Assembly (NCBI GenBank): GCA_036918135.1
Contig: JBALDB010000032.1
Coordinates: forward strand, 96,001 to 160,000
DNA length: 64,000 nt
Reading direction: 5' to 3'
Source: Nostoc sp.
GTDB lineage: Bacteria > Cyanobacteriota > Cyanobacteriia > Cyanobacteriales > Nostocaceae
Both the position numbers and the translations under genes were made by a program. The notes beneath the pieces are model-generated. The model was not told the origin of the DNA and ran no database searches. It worked only from the letters and a program-made list of their open reading frames with translations. The first letter of the stretch is position 1; each line of letters starts with the position of its first letter. This document shows, one piece after another, positions 41,466-50,790 of this stretch.

Positions 41466-42566
41466 TTAAAACGAAATTATCAAATAATTATTCTGAAACT
41501 TTGCTCCTGCAACAGGCCTACCACTCAGAGCTGGGGGTAGGGAAATATTCCGCCGCTGGTCTCCTGCTTCCACTGTGACTTCTGGACCATACTGGGTAAG
41601 TTTGACCTGTTTTTTATCAAATCCTGGTAAGAATAGGCGTACCTGACGATTAGGGATATCGATTTCAATTGGTTTGGGAGCCTGTAGCGCTTGGGCTTCA
41701 AAATTGGGTAGGGCGTCTATGAGTGTTTGCCAATTATCTGTTGACAAGTCAGGAATAACGCTCACAGGTAGCGGTATAAATTCCTCTGATAAGTTAGCGC
41801 TTATGTCTGAAGATACAAGCAGAACGCCACCTACAGTTAGACCAATTTGCTGAGCGCTACCCCACAAATAACGGGCACTTGCGACCTCGATGGGATCTTG
41901 TGTGGTCACTAAGAAAGCAGCAACACGCTTAGGATCGGTAAGGGCAGCTCTCCCATTGTCTAAGAGATTATTGACTTGGTTGGTAGGTTGAGCAAAGTTA
42001 TCTGCTGTCCAATTGATATTGAAAAAGGTGCTAATCAGGGGTTGAACTAAAGGCGATTCAGCAATTGTCTTGCCTAAGTCAGAGTTGACAAACAATTGGC
42101 GAAATCGCCGTACATACCAACTCAGAGACTCTGGCAAACCTAGCGTCCGTAGGGCTGAAGAGTCACCCGTGCCATCATAGACAATCGCATCATATTTGCC
42201 GGTGGCATCATATTCGCGAATAGCATTTAGGGCAAGGGCGCTGTCCATTCCTGGCAATGCTACCAATTCTTGACCAAAAACATCTTTGAAGATAGGGCTG
42301 CGGAGGTATTGAGCCTCAAGTTTCTTTACTTGTTCCCAGTTGCTCTCTAGTAGTACAGATGCTTGAAACTGTACTGCTTGCAAATTAGGTGCTATTTCCT
42401 GGGGTTCAGAACCAATGGGAGTACCTAGCAGAATTGATAGTGCTGGTTCTGCTAGTCCTGCTAAAAGTACGCGCTTGCCTTGGCTTGCCAATAACTTGGC
42501 GGCGGCGATCGCAATTTTGGTACGAGCGATGCCGCCTTTGCCCAAAAATGTCAATATTAGAGCCAT
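41466..42566 (-). CDS. ArsA/Get3-family ATPase with C-terminal alpha-crystallin-like domain (Get3d-like)
   Basis: FLGKGG deviant Walker A, LPGMDSAL, C-terminal LFLPGFDKKQVKLTQYGPEVTVEAGDQRRNI. Confidence 0.85.
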   Translation of the reverse strand: MALILTFLGKGGIARTKIAIAAAKLLASQGKRVLLAGLAEPALSILLGTPIGSEPQEIAPNLQAVQFQASVLLESNWEQVKKLEAQYLRSPIFKDVFGQELVALPGMDSALALNAIREYDATGKYDAIVYDGTGDSSALRTLGLPESLSWYVRRFRQLFVNSDLGKTIAESPLVQPLISTFFNINWTADNFAQPTNQVNNLLDNGRAALTDPKRVAAFLVTTQDPIEVASARYLWGSAQQIGLTVGGVLLVSSDISANLSEEFIPLPVSVIPDLSTDNWQTLIDALPNFEAQALQAPKPIEIDIPNRQVRLFLPGFDKKQVKLTQYGPEVTVEAGDQRRNISLPPALSGRPVAGAKFQNNYLIISF

Positions 42567-42685
42567 TACTTGATTCCTATTTTCACCGCCAGTCTTTTCA
42601 ACTCCAACTTAGCACTCAACAAAGATTCTCAGCTTGTGCTTTTAACTTCAGATTTCAATAAAAATCTCGATTCGAGTTTTTTCTC

Positions 42686-42877
42686 CTACACAGGTTTGAT
42701 TTCATCTTCAAAAAACCAAGTAGAAGAATTATCCTCAAACAGCACCACTACACCGATTCCCTGACCATCAGTAACTTTGTAGCCTTGGATAGTACCCACT
42801 TGTCCTAGTTTTTTCACAATGGGAGGAGAAACGCGATCGCGCAAACGATAAACTTTAACCTTTTGTCCGATTTCCAT
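42686..42877 (-). CDS. petP: Cytochrome b6f-associated PetP (DUF2862)
   Basis: 63 aa SH3-like; IGQKVKV.RLRDR...YKVTDG.GIG...WFFEDE. Confidence 0.85.
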   Translation of the reverse strand: MEIGQKVKVYRLRDRVSPPIVKKLGQVGTIQGYKVTDGQGIGVVVLFEDNSSTWFFEDEIKPV

Positions 42878-43040
42878 GCCTGATTATAATGCAATAAACC
42901 AAGTCTCAGTTTAGCTCAATCCCTGACTCACCTTTCACAAATTCCGAGAGAAGTGGGGAACACAAGGGCAGAGGGGAAAAACTAATAACAAATGACAAAA
43001 AGCTTAAAATTAAATCAACAACCAAACAGGTACATACTCA

Positions 43041-43874
43041 ATGTTCGTCACAGCGCAACAGCTAGAACAACAGATGCCCGATGCAACTCGGTTGTTAAGT
43101 GATGAGCCGGAGATGGAAACTTCATTACACTACATGCAGCTACTTCTGCTAGTAACTTCCCTTGAGTGGCTGTGGCGTGACTGTGATGATTTCTTTATAG
43201 GTGCGAATCTCACAATCTATTTTAGCCGTCAGCAACTGCGAAATCGGGATTTTCGGGGGCCAGACTTTTTTTTGGTCAAAAATAGCGAAAAGCGACCGCG
43301 CAATTCTTGGGTAGTCTGGGAGGAAGATGGTCGTTATCCAGATTTGATTATTGAATTACTTTCAGAAAGTACGGCTGATATTGACCGGAATTTGAAGAAG
43401 AATCTCTATGAAAATCGATTTCATACACCAGAATATTTCTGGTTTTCGCCGGAGAATTTAGAATTTATCGGTTTTGAATTGGTAGGCAACAAGTATCAAG
43501 AAATTATACCAAATGCGCGAGGATGGCGTTGGAGCGATGTGCTGAGCCTGTATTTAGGCATAGAAGCAGGTAAACTGCGCTACTTTACACCTGATGGTGA
43601 TTTAGTTCCAACACCAGAGGAAACTGCTATTGCCGCGCAACAGGTGGCTATTGCAGCACAGCAACAGGCATCACAAGCACAGCAACAAGCATCACAAGCA
43701 CAGCAACAAGCATCACAAGCACAGCAACAGGCATCACAAGCACAGCAACAAGCATTAGAAGCGCAACAACAGGCATCTGAGGCTCAATCGCGGTTGGAAC
43801 AAGAACAACTGCGATCGCAACGGTTGGCGGAACATTTGCGATCGTTAGGAGTAAATCCCGATAGCTTGAGTTAA
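43041..43874 (+). CDS. Uma2-family (DUF820) endonuclease-fold protein with Gln/Ala repeat tail
   Basis: GPDFFLV, PDLIIELLSEST, PEYFWF; C-terminal LRSLGVNPD. Confidence 0.9.
   Translation: MFVTAQQLEQQMPDATRLLSDEPEMETSLHYMQLLLLVTSLEWLWRDCDDFFIGANLTIYFSRQQLRNRDFRGPDFFLVKNSEKRPRNSWVVWEEDGRYPDLIIELLSESTADIDRNLKKNLYENRFHTPEYFWFSPENLEFIGFELVGNKYQEIIPNARGWRWSDVLSLYLGIEAGKLRYFTPDGDLVPTPEETAIAAQQVAIAAQQQASQAQQQASQAQQQASQAQQQASQAQQQALEAQQQASEAQSRLEQEQLRSQRLAEHLRSLGVNPDSLS
43655..43776 (+). repeat. Intragenic 21-bp tandem repeat (AQQQASQ)
   Basis: GCACAGCAACA(A/G)GCATCACAA repeated about 5-6 times. Confidence 0.85.
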
Positions 43875-43892
43875 GCAATAAAGGTAGCAGTC

Positions 43893-44648
43893 ATGTATCA
43901 AACAGATCCTCCCCGTCCACCGCAAGAAACCATGCCCACGATGTATGATTTACCCAGTGAATTAATAGGGGAATCAGGTTTGCCAGATGAATTTCACTGT
44001 ATTCAAGCGAATTTACTGAGTGAAACTTGTCAACCTCAGACTTATCCATCTGAGGAAATTTTGCTTGCTAGTGACTTAAATCTTTACTACGACCCCCGCC
44101 ATACCTTGTGGTACAAGCGTCCTGATTGGTATATGGTTTTAGGAGTACCTAGTGCTAATCAGCAGCAAGACCTACGCTTAAGTTACGTCATTTGGCAAGA
44201 GGGAGTTGTTCCTTTTTTAGTAGTTGAATTACTCTCGCCTGGTACAGAACAAGAAGACTTAGGAAAAACACTGCGCGAGGTAAACCAGCCGCCAACCAAG
44301 TGGGAAGTATATGAGCGCATTTTGCGGGTTCCCTACTACGTTATCTATGACCGCTATGAAAATTATTTGTGTGCCTATCAGCTCAAAGGCACTCGCTACG
44401 AAGCAATCTCTTTACCAGAAAACCGCTTCTGGTTGCAAGAATTAGAACTAGGATTGGGTCTGTGGCAAGGTTCTTATCAGCAGACAACAGGCTTGTGGTT
44501 GCGTTGGTATAATTCAGCAGGTTGGGTGTCAACATCAAAAGAAAAAGCCGAACAAGAACGCCAACTAGCTCAACAAGAACGTCAACGAGCCGCTCGATTG
44601 GCAGAGTATTTACGTTCTCAAGGAGTCGATCCAGATAGTTTGAGTTAG
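43893..44648 (+). CDS. Uma2-family (DUF820) endonuclease-fold protein
   Basis: RPDWYMV, VVELLSPGT, PYYVIYD; C-terminal LRSQGVDPD. Confidence 0.9.
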   Translation: MYQTDPPRPPQETMPTMYDLPSELIGESGLPDEFHCIQANLLSETCQPQTYPSEEILLASDLNLYYDPRHTLWYKRPDWYMVLGVPSANQQQDLRLSYVIWQEGVVPFLVVELLSPGTEQEDLGKTLREVNQPPTKWEVYERILRVPYYVIYDRYENYLCAYQLKGTRYEAISLPENRFWLQELELGLGLWQGSYQQTTGLWLRWYNSAGWVSTSKEKAEQERQLAQQERQRAARLAEYLRSQGVDPDSLS

Positions 44649-44967
44649 GTTATGGACTAGTGTGTAAATAATTCAATAATTTTAATAATCATAGATATCC
44701 TGAAATGGATGATATTTGACTTTTGAAAAATTTTATGATACAAAAAGCCTGCTGGTTTGTGGCAAAGAGTTTTTAGGAACCAATTCATAAATTAACTGGT
44801 CTTCCAGGAGGAAGATGCGGTTAAGAGTAGAAAAATGGTAATTGGTAGTGTATTTAACAATGCTTTGTTAAAGCAAAGTTTTTCATAGTAGGCTAGTGCA
44901 GCAAAGTACACTCTAATAGTATAAAATTCGCAAATAACTCCCGTGTGGTGTGTGGTAGTTTTTAAGG

Positions 44968-45774
44968 ATGATAATTTCACTTAAAGATAATTCAACTTGG
45001 TTGCAAGCGCGGCGCTACTGGGAATTGCTCCACGTTTTAGTAGCGCGAAATCTTAAAGTACGTTATCGAGGTTCGTTCTTAGGGGTTTATTGGTCGCTGT
45101 TCAACCCGTTGATTATGACGGGGCTGTACACAGCGATTTTTGGTACAACTTTTGCCTCCTATTACGGTAACTCAATATTGAACTATGTATTGGCAGCCTT
45201 TACAGGACTGGTAGTAATCAATTTTTTCTCAGCTTCTACCTCCCAGGCATTGAGTAGTGTAGTCGGTAATGGCTTACTATTGAATAAAATTAGTCTGCCA
45301 GTCAGCGTTTTTCCTGTCTCAATGATTGGTGCAAACATATTTCAGTTTTCAGTAGGGACATTTCCATTGCTGGCATTAATGACTTTGATTAATTCCAAGA
45401 GTTTAGTCAATGTATTAGCGCTGGTTTTTCCGTTTCTAGCCTTAATTTTAGTTTCTGCAGGAATAGGTTTTTTAGTCAGTGCTCTATATGTATTTTTTAG
45501 AGACTTGCCTTATTTTTATGAGTTAGTTGTATTTGTAATTTGGCTCACTAGTCCGATATTTTATCCAGCAGCTATTGTTCCACCGCAGGTAAGGCAGTTT
45601 TTAGGTTTCAATCCATTATCACCAATTATTGAAAGTTTACGTCAGATTACATTATCAAGTTCCCTGCCGGATTTAGGTTTGATTTGGGGCGCTTTGCTCA
45701 GTGGGGTAATTATTTTAGCCTTAGGATGGACTTGTTTCCACTTGTGGCGACATCGATTTATGGATTTGCTGTAA
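44968..45774 (+). CDS. wzm: Polysaccharide ABC transporter permease (Wzm)
   Basis: RYRGSFLGVYWSLFNPL, FFRDL, PIFYP, NPL; 6 TM. Confidence 0.92.
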   Translation: MIISLKDNSTWLQARRYWELLHVLVARNLKVRYRGSFLGVYWSLFNPLIMTGLYTAIFGTTFASYYGNSILNYVLAAFTGLVVINFFSASTSQALSSVVGNGLLLNKISLPVSVFPVSMIGANIFQFSVGTFPLLALMTLINSKSLVNVLALVFPFLALILVSAGIGFLVSALYVFFRDLPYFYELVVFVIWLTSPIFYPAAIVPPQVRQFLGFNPLSPIIESLRQITLSSSLPDLGLIWGALLSGVIILALGWTCFHLWRHRFMDLL

Positions 45775-46506
45775 ATGGAAGTAATTCGCCTAGATAATGT
45801 TTCGCTGTTGCGACGAACACAAGAAGAGTTTTCTTACGATCTTAAGAAAACAATGTTATCTATTTTAGAGGGTAAATATCGTCAGCCAGTTAAAAAGTTA
45901 GTACTGGATAAAATTGATTTTGTAGTTGAAAAAGGTCAAAAACTTGGTATTATTGGTGCGAATGGTTCCGGTAAATCCACTCTTTTAAAGGTAATTTCTG
46001 GAATTTTGCAACCTACCAGTGGAACAGTACGAGTACGAGGTAAAATTGCGCCTTTGATTGAATTAGGAGCAGGCTTTGATTCGGAAATTTCTGTAATGGA
46101 TAATATTATCCTGTATGGTGTTCTGCTGGGATATTCTAGATCCGAAATGAAAAATAGAGCAGCATCAATTCTGGAGTTTGCGGAATTGCAAGATTATGCT
46201 TTAGTTCCAGTGAAGGGATTATCTTCAGGTATGGTGGCAAGACTGGGTTTTTCCATTGCAACAGATGTACAGCCTGATATTCTAATTCTAGATGAGGTTT
46301 TATCTGTAGGTGATGAAAGTTTTAAGAATAAATGTAAGCAACGAATTGAAAAATTATGGGACGACAATGTGACTATTTTAGTAGTCTCTCATGATTTGAA
46401 GTTTGTTCGACAATCTTGTGAGTATGCAGTTTGGTTGGAAAAGGGCAAAATAAAGTTTGCAGGAGAGGCTAATAAAACAGTCGATTATTACCTTAGTTCT
46501 GTTTGA
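45775..46506 (+). CDS. wzt: Polysaccharide ABC transporter ATPase (Wzt), short form without C-terminal carbohydrate-binding domain
   Basis: GANGSGKST, SSGMVARLGF, DEVLSVGD; 243 aa. Confidence 0.93.
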   Translation: MEVIRLDNVSLLRRTQEEFSYDLKKTMLSILEGKYRQPVKKLVLDKIDFVVEKGQKLGIIGANGSGKSTLLKVISGILQPTSGTVRVRGKIAPLIELGAGFDSEISVMDNIILYGVLLGYSRSEMKNRAASILEFAELQDYALVPVKGLSSGMVARLGFSIATDVQPDILILDEVLSVGDESFKNKCKQRIEKLWDDNVTILVVSHDLKFVRQSCEYAVWLEKGKIKFAGEANKTVDYYLSSV

Positions 46507-46523
46507 TAATCTTTAAGTGTTGA

Positions 46524-49500
46524 TTGAAACCAACTAAAGCAATGAATAAAACAGCCTTTATTATATTAGGTTCTCCTCGTAGTGGCACTTCCGCTATTAG
46601 CCATATGATTCATAAATTTGGGGTTGATTTTGGAAAACCAGAAAATTTTTTAGATACACAACAATACACTCATAACCCAATATTTTTTGAATTAGATTGG
46701 GTGAATGAATATAATAATAGGCTAATTTCTAGTATAGGAAGTAAATGGGAAAATGGAGGTCTATGGGGACGCAATATAAATCCTGATTCCAAAGATTTCG
46801 AGAATGATTTGATTTTAGAAATTAAGCAGGAACTATATTCATTAATAAATCAAGAATGGCACGGTCAAGAAAATATTGGAATTAAAGATCCACGTTTTTG
46901 CTTTACATTTCCAGTATGGCAGGACGTGTTATTCAAAATGAACTATAGTCTCAAAATAATTTTTGTTTTTCGGCATCCATTAGGGTATTTAAATTCAACT
47001 AAAAAACTTAATGGTTTTAAAAATAGTAAAAATTTAAATTTTTGGCTTCAGCACAACTTAGCGGCTAGATATTTTATCAACAACCAAGATTTTTATCTTA
47101 TTGATTACGATTGTGTAATATGTAATCCTACTATAGAAGCGAAAAAAATAGCATCTCTCTTGAAATTAGACATTAATTTAGTTAATGTTAGTGCTTCAGT
47201 GATTGACAAATGTTACTATCACAATGTAGCAATTGGTGAAACAGGTAACTTAGTTATTGATGACTGCTACAGAGCTTTAAAAGAAAATAATTTGTCTGCA
47301 TCAAGATATATTACATACAAAAATATATATTCATTATTTAAAGAAGATATATCCGATCTAAAGCACTTAGTTAATCAAAAAGAACATCAACTACAACAAA
47401 CTCAAGGTGAATTAGAGCATTCGCAATCTCAATTACAAGATACTCAGGTTCAATTAGAGCATTCGCAATCTCAATTACAAGATATTCAGATTCAATTAGA
47501 GCATTCGCAATCTCAATTACAAGATATTCAGGCTCAATTGGAGCATTCGCAATCTCAATTACAAGATATTCAGATTCAATTAAAGCATTCACAATCTCAA
47601 CTACAAGATACTCAAGCTCAATTAGAGTGCTCGCAATCTCAACTACAAGATACTCAGGCTCAATTAAAGCGATCGCAATTTCAATTACAACAGACTCAGA
47701 TGAAATTAGAGCGATCGCAATCTCAACTACAAGATACTCAGACTCAATTAGAGCATTCGCAGGGCACAATTCTAGCTATGAATACTAGTAAATTTTGGCA
47801 GATGCGAAAAATATGGTTCAAATTTAGACATATTGTGGGTTTACTAGACGATAATCCGTTTGACAAAAGTTTAGGTTTAAAATTAAGAAGCGTTATAAGT
47901 TTGTTAGGTAATTATAGTTCATTTCACAGAACTTTTTTCTCACGTGTAAAAAACTCATGGACTGTTTTAAGAACCAAGGGACTCCGTTACTGCTTGAATA
48001 AATTACAGGAAAAAACTTCTTCCAAGTTAAAATTCGATGATCCATCACTACCTACCATAGCACTCCCAGATATTCCTAAAACTAATGATATTAATTACCA
48101 GAAGTGGTTGAACCAAAACTACCCTAATCAAATAGCCTTACAAAAGATGGGTGAAACAGCAGAATTATTAGCTTATAAGCCGACTATTAGTCTTATTATG
48201 CCTGTTTTCAATACTCCTGCGTGTTTTCTGCAAGAAGCCATTGAGTCTGTATTGAATCAAGTATATCCCTATTGGGAGTTATGTATTGCTGACGATTACT
48301 CTACAAATAATTCTGTTAGAGAAATTTTAGAGGATTACTCATCGAAAGACTCTCGAATAAAAGTTGTTTTTAGAACTGAAAATGGTCATATTTCTCGCTG
48401 TTCTAATTCAGCCATAGAAATCGCAACAGGTGAATTTCTTGCCTTACTCGATCATGATGATTTGCTGACTCCAGATGCTCTGTATGAAATTGCTCTACTG
48501 CTCAATAAGCATCCAGAAGCAGATATGATTTATTCTGATGAAGATAAAATTGATGAAAATTGTAAGCTTCGAGATCCTTTCTTTAAACCAGATTGGTGTC
48601 CTGACTCCTTTTTATCTCGGATGTACACTTGCCATTTAGGAACCTATCGACGAGAGCTAGTAGTAGCGATTGGGGGTTTTAGAATAGGTTATGAGGGAAG
48701 TCAAGACTATGATTTGGTTTTAAGATTAACCGAAAAAACTACAAAAATATTTCATATACCAAAAATATTATATCATTGGAGAATTCATTCCCAATCTGCG
48801 GCAAGTAAACCGGATCAAAAACCTTATGCTGTCAAAGCAGCAGAGAAAGCATTAGTAGACGCCCTTGTTAGACGAGGGGAACATGGACGCGTTACACAGG
48901 CTCGAAACCTTGTGGGGCATTACATCATTAGATATACAATCGACGATTATAAGCTTGTTAGTATTATCATTCCCACAAGAGATTTAGGTAATGTTTTAGA
49001 CAAGTGCCTAACATCTATTTTTGAGAAGACTACTTACCCAAATTACGAAGTGATTCTCATAGATAACGGTAGTCAAGAAGAAAATACAGCTAATATTATT
49101 TCTAAATGGCAACAAAAGGAATCTAGTAAATTTCGGTGTTACCAGCTTGATATACCTTTTAACTATTCCAAAATTAATAATTATGCAGTTAATCAAGCTA
49201 ACGGAGATTATTTACTATTTTTGAATAATGATATTGAATTAATCACTCCTGACTGGATGAATGCAATGGTTGAACAAGCTCAAAGACCTTCTATTGGTGC
49301 TGTTGGAGCCTTGCTATTATATCCAGATAATACAATTCAACATGCTGGAGTAATTATAGGTATCGGAGGAGTTGCTGGTCATAGTCATAAATATTATCCT
49401 GCAGAATCAGCTGGATATTTTGATCAAATCCTCACAGCCAATAATTATTCTGCTGTGACAGCAGCTTGTTTAATGTGTAGACGAGAAACTTTTGAAGCAA

Positions 49501-49778
49501 TAGGAGGTTTTGAAGAAGAACTTGCAGTAGCATTTAATGATGTTGATCTATGCTTAAAGCTTGTAAAACTAGGTTATAGAAACATCTATTTACCCCATGT
49601 TATGCTCTATCACTATGAATCTAAGAGCCGTGGAAGTGATAATACACCTGCAAAACTAGCAATATTTATTAAAGAAATAGAGTATATGCAAAAAAAATGG
49701 AAAAATTTTATAGAATATGACCCTTGCTATAGTATAAATTTGACAACCAAACGTGAAGATTACAGTATCAAGGCTTGA
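46524..49778 (+). CDS. Multidomain protein: sulfotransferase-like N-terminus, heptad coiled coil, two GT2 glycosyltransferase domains
   Basis: GSPRSGTS, KDPR, RHP; (QLEHSQSQLQDTQx)n; SLIMPVFN...LDHDD; SIIIPTRD...FLNND. Confidence 0.9.
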   Translation: MKPTKAMNKTAFIILGSPRSGTSAISHMIHKFGVDFGKPENFLDTQQYTHNPIFFELDWVNEYNNRLISSIGSKWENGGLWGRNINPDSKDFENDLILEIKQELYSLINQEWHGQENIGIKDPRFCFTFPVWQDVLFKMNYSLKIIFVFRHPLGYLNSTKKLNGFKNSKNLNFWLQHNLAARYFINNQDFYLIDYDCVICNPTIEAKKIASLLKLDINLVNVSASVIDKCYYHNVAIGETGNLVIDDCYRALKENNLSASRYITYKNIYSLFKEDISDLKHLVNQKEHQLQQTQGELEHSQSQLQDTQVQLEHSQSQLQDIQIQLEHSQSQLQDIQAQLEHSQSQLQDIQIQLKHSQSQLQDTQAQLECSQSQLQDTQAQLKRSQFQLQQTQMKLERSQSQLQDTQTQLEHSQGTILAMNTSKFWQMRKIWFKFRHIVGLLDDNPFDKSLGLKLRSVISLLGNYSSFHRTFFSRVKNSWTVLRTKGLRYCLNKLQEKTSSKLKFDDPSLPTIALPDIPKTNDINYQKWLNQNYPNQIALQKMGETAELLAYKPTISLIMPVFNTPACFLQEAIESVLNQVYPYWELCIADDYSTNNSVREILEDYSSKDSRIKVVFRTENGHISRCSNSAIEIATGEFLALLDHDDLLTPDALYEIALLLNKHPEADMIYSDEDKIDENCKLRDPFFKPDWCPDSFLSRMYTCHLGTYRRELVVAIGGFRIGYEGSQDYDLVLRLTEKTTKIFHIPKILYHWRIHSQSAASKPDQKPYAVKAAEKALVDALVRRGEHGRVTQARNLVGHYIIRYTIDDYKLVSIIIPTRDLGNVLDKCLTSIFEKTTYPNYEVILIDNGSQEENTANIISKWQQKESSKFRCYQLDIPFNYSKINNYAVNQANGDYLLFLNNDIELITPDWMNAMVEQAQRPSIGAVGALLLYPDNTIQHAGVIIGIGGVAGHSHKYYPAESAGYFDQILTANNYSAVTAACLMCRRETFEAIGGFEEELAVAFNDVDLCLKLVKLGYRNIYLPHVMLYHYESKSRGSDNTPAKLAIFIKEIEYMQKKWKNFIEYDPCYSINLTTKREDYSIKA
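47409..47762 (+). repeat. Intragenic 42-bp tandem repeat (~8.4 copies; 14 aa = two heptads)
   Basis: CAATTAGAGCATTCGCAATCTCAATTACAAGATA(C/T)TCAG.. repeated. Confidence 0.92.
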
Positions 49779-49830
49779 TATTAATCTCAAATCTGCAAAC
49801 TTGGAAAAATTAATAAAACTTTTAAAAAAT

Positions 49831-50607
49831 ATGAGCATTTTAGAACAATATATCAAATCAGCACCTAGTCCTCAAATTGCACTAGACATTTTTAAAAATG
49901 AGTGGTCATCAAAATTACCTGCTCCACTAGCAGATTTGAAAGCTGGTTCAGTTCCCTTATTTGAAGATCCAAGGATTGATTGGGCAGCTAGTCAACTAGG
50001 CGGGATTCAAGGTAAAACTGTACTCGAGTTGGGTCCATTGGAAGCAGGACATACTTACATGTTGGAATGTTTAGAAGCAGCATCAATTGTATCAATAGAA
50101 GCTAATACCCGTGCTTATTTAAAATGTTTAATAATTAAAGAAATTTTAGACCTGAAAAAGACGCATTTTTTATGTGGTGACTTTGTAGAATATTTGCGAA
50201 ATACTCAAACTAAATTTGATGTATGCATAGCTAGCGGTGTACTATATCATATGAACAATCCAGCCGAATTGATTGGATTAATAGCTAAGTGTACAGATCA
50301 AATATTTATTTGGACGCATTATTATGACAAAAATATAATTTTAACTAAGCCGAACCTTAGACATAAATTTGTGGGTAGTTCTCAAAGTAATTATGATGGT
50401 TTTAAACACACTCTTTATCGTTATGAATATGAAAGAGCATTGGAATGGTCAGGCTTCTGTGGTGGTAATGAAAGCAATAGTCAATGGATGAGCCGCGATG
50501 ATATACTAGCAAGCCTCAAGCATTTTGGTTTGAAAGACATTCAAATTAGTTTTGAAGCTCCAGATCATCCGAATGGACCTAGTTTTGCATTAGCGGCTGC
50601 TCGTTAG
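49831..50607 (+). CDS. Class I SAM-dependent methyltransferase
   Basis: VLELGPLEAG motif I, FDVCIASGVLYH; ATG at 49831 preferred over the ORF-track start 49753. Confidence 0.85.
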   Translation: MSILEQYIKSAPSPQIALDIFKNEWSSKLPAPLADLKAGSVPLFEDPRIDWAASQLGGIQGKTVLELGPLEAGHTYMLECLEAASIVSIEANTRAYLKCLIIKEILDLKKTHFLCGDFVEYLRNTQTKFDVCIASGVLYHMNNPAELIGLIAKCTDQIFIWTHYYDKNIILTKPNLRHKFVGSSQSNYDGFKHTLYRYEYERALEWSGFCGGNESNSQWMSRDDILASLKHFGLKDIQISFEAPDHPNGPSFALAAAR

Positions 50608-50631
50608 TAGAAGCTGAAGTCAATATATTCT

Positions 50632-50790
50632 ATGAATACCCTCCTGGAGCATTCAGACATCCTCATGATCGAACCGGAAATATTTGGTGAAGATCGCGGA
50701 TTCTTAGTTGAATTCTACAATCAAGAAAAATTCACCGAAAAAAGATGTATAACAAACTTCTCTCATTCCAAAAAGCAAAGTTACTCTTAG
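50632..50790 (+). pseudogene. Truncated rfbC (dTDP-4-dehydrorhamnose 3,5-epimerase) N-terminal remnant
   Basis: Manual translation MNTLLEHSDILMIEPEIFGEDRGFLVEFYNQEKFTEK... aligns with the intact RfbC at 60585 ([28 protein letters not shown]); 52 aa, below the ORF-track cutoff. Confidence 0.8.

Noticed and set aside
47371..47769. 132-aa repetitive minus-strand ORF
   Set aside because: Antisense shadow of the 42-bp coiled-coil repeat in the glycosyltransferase gene
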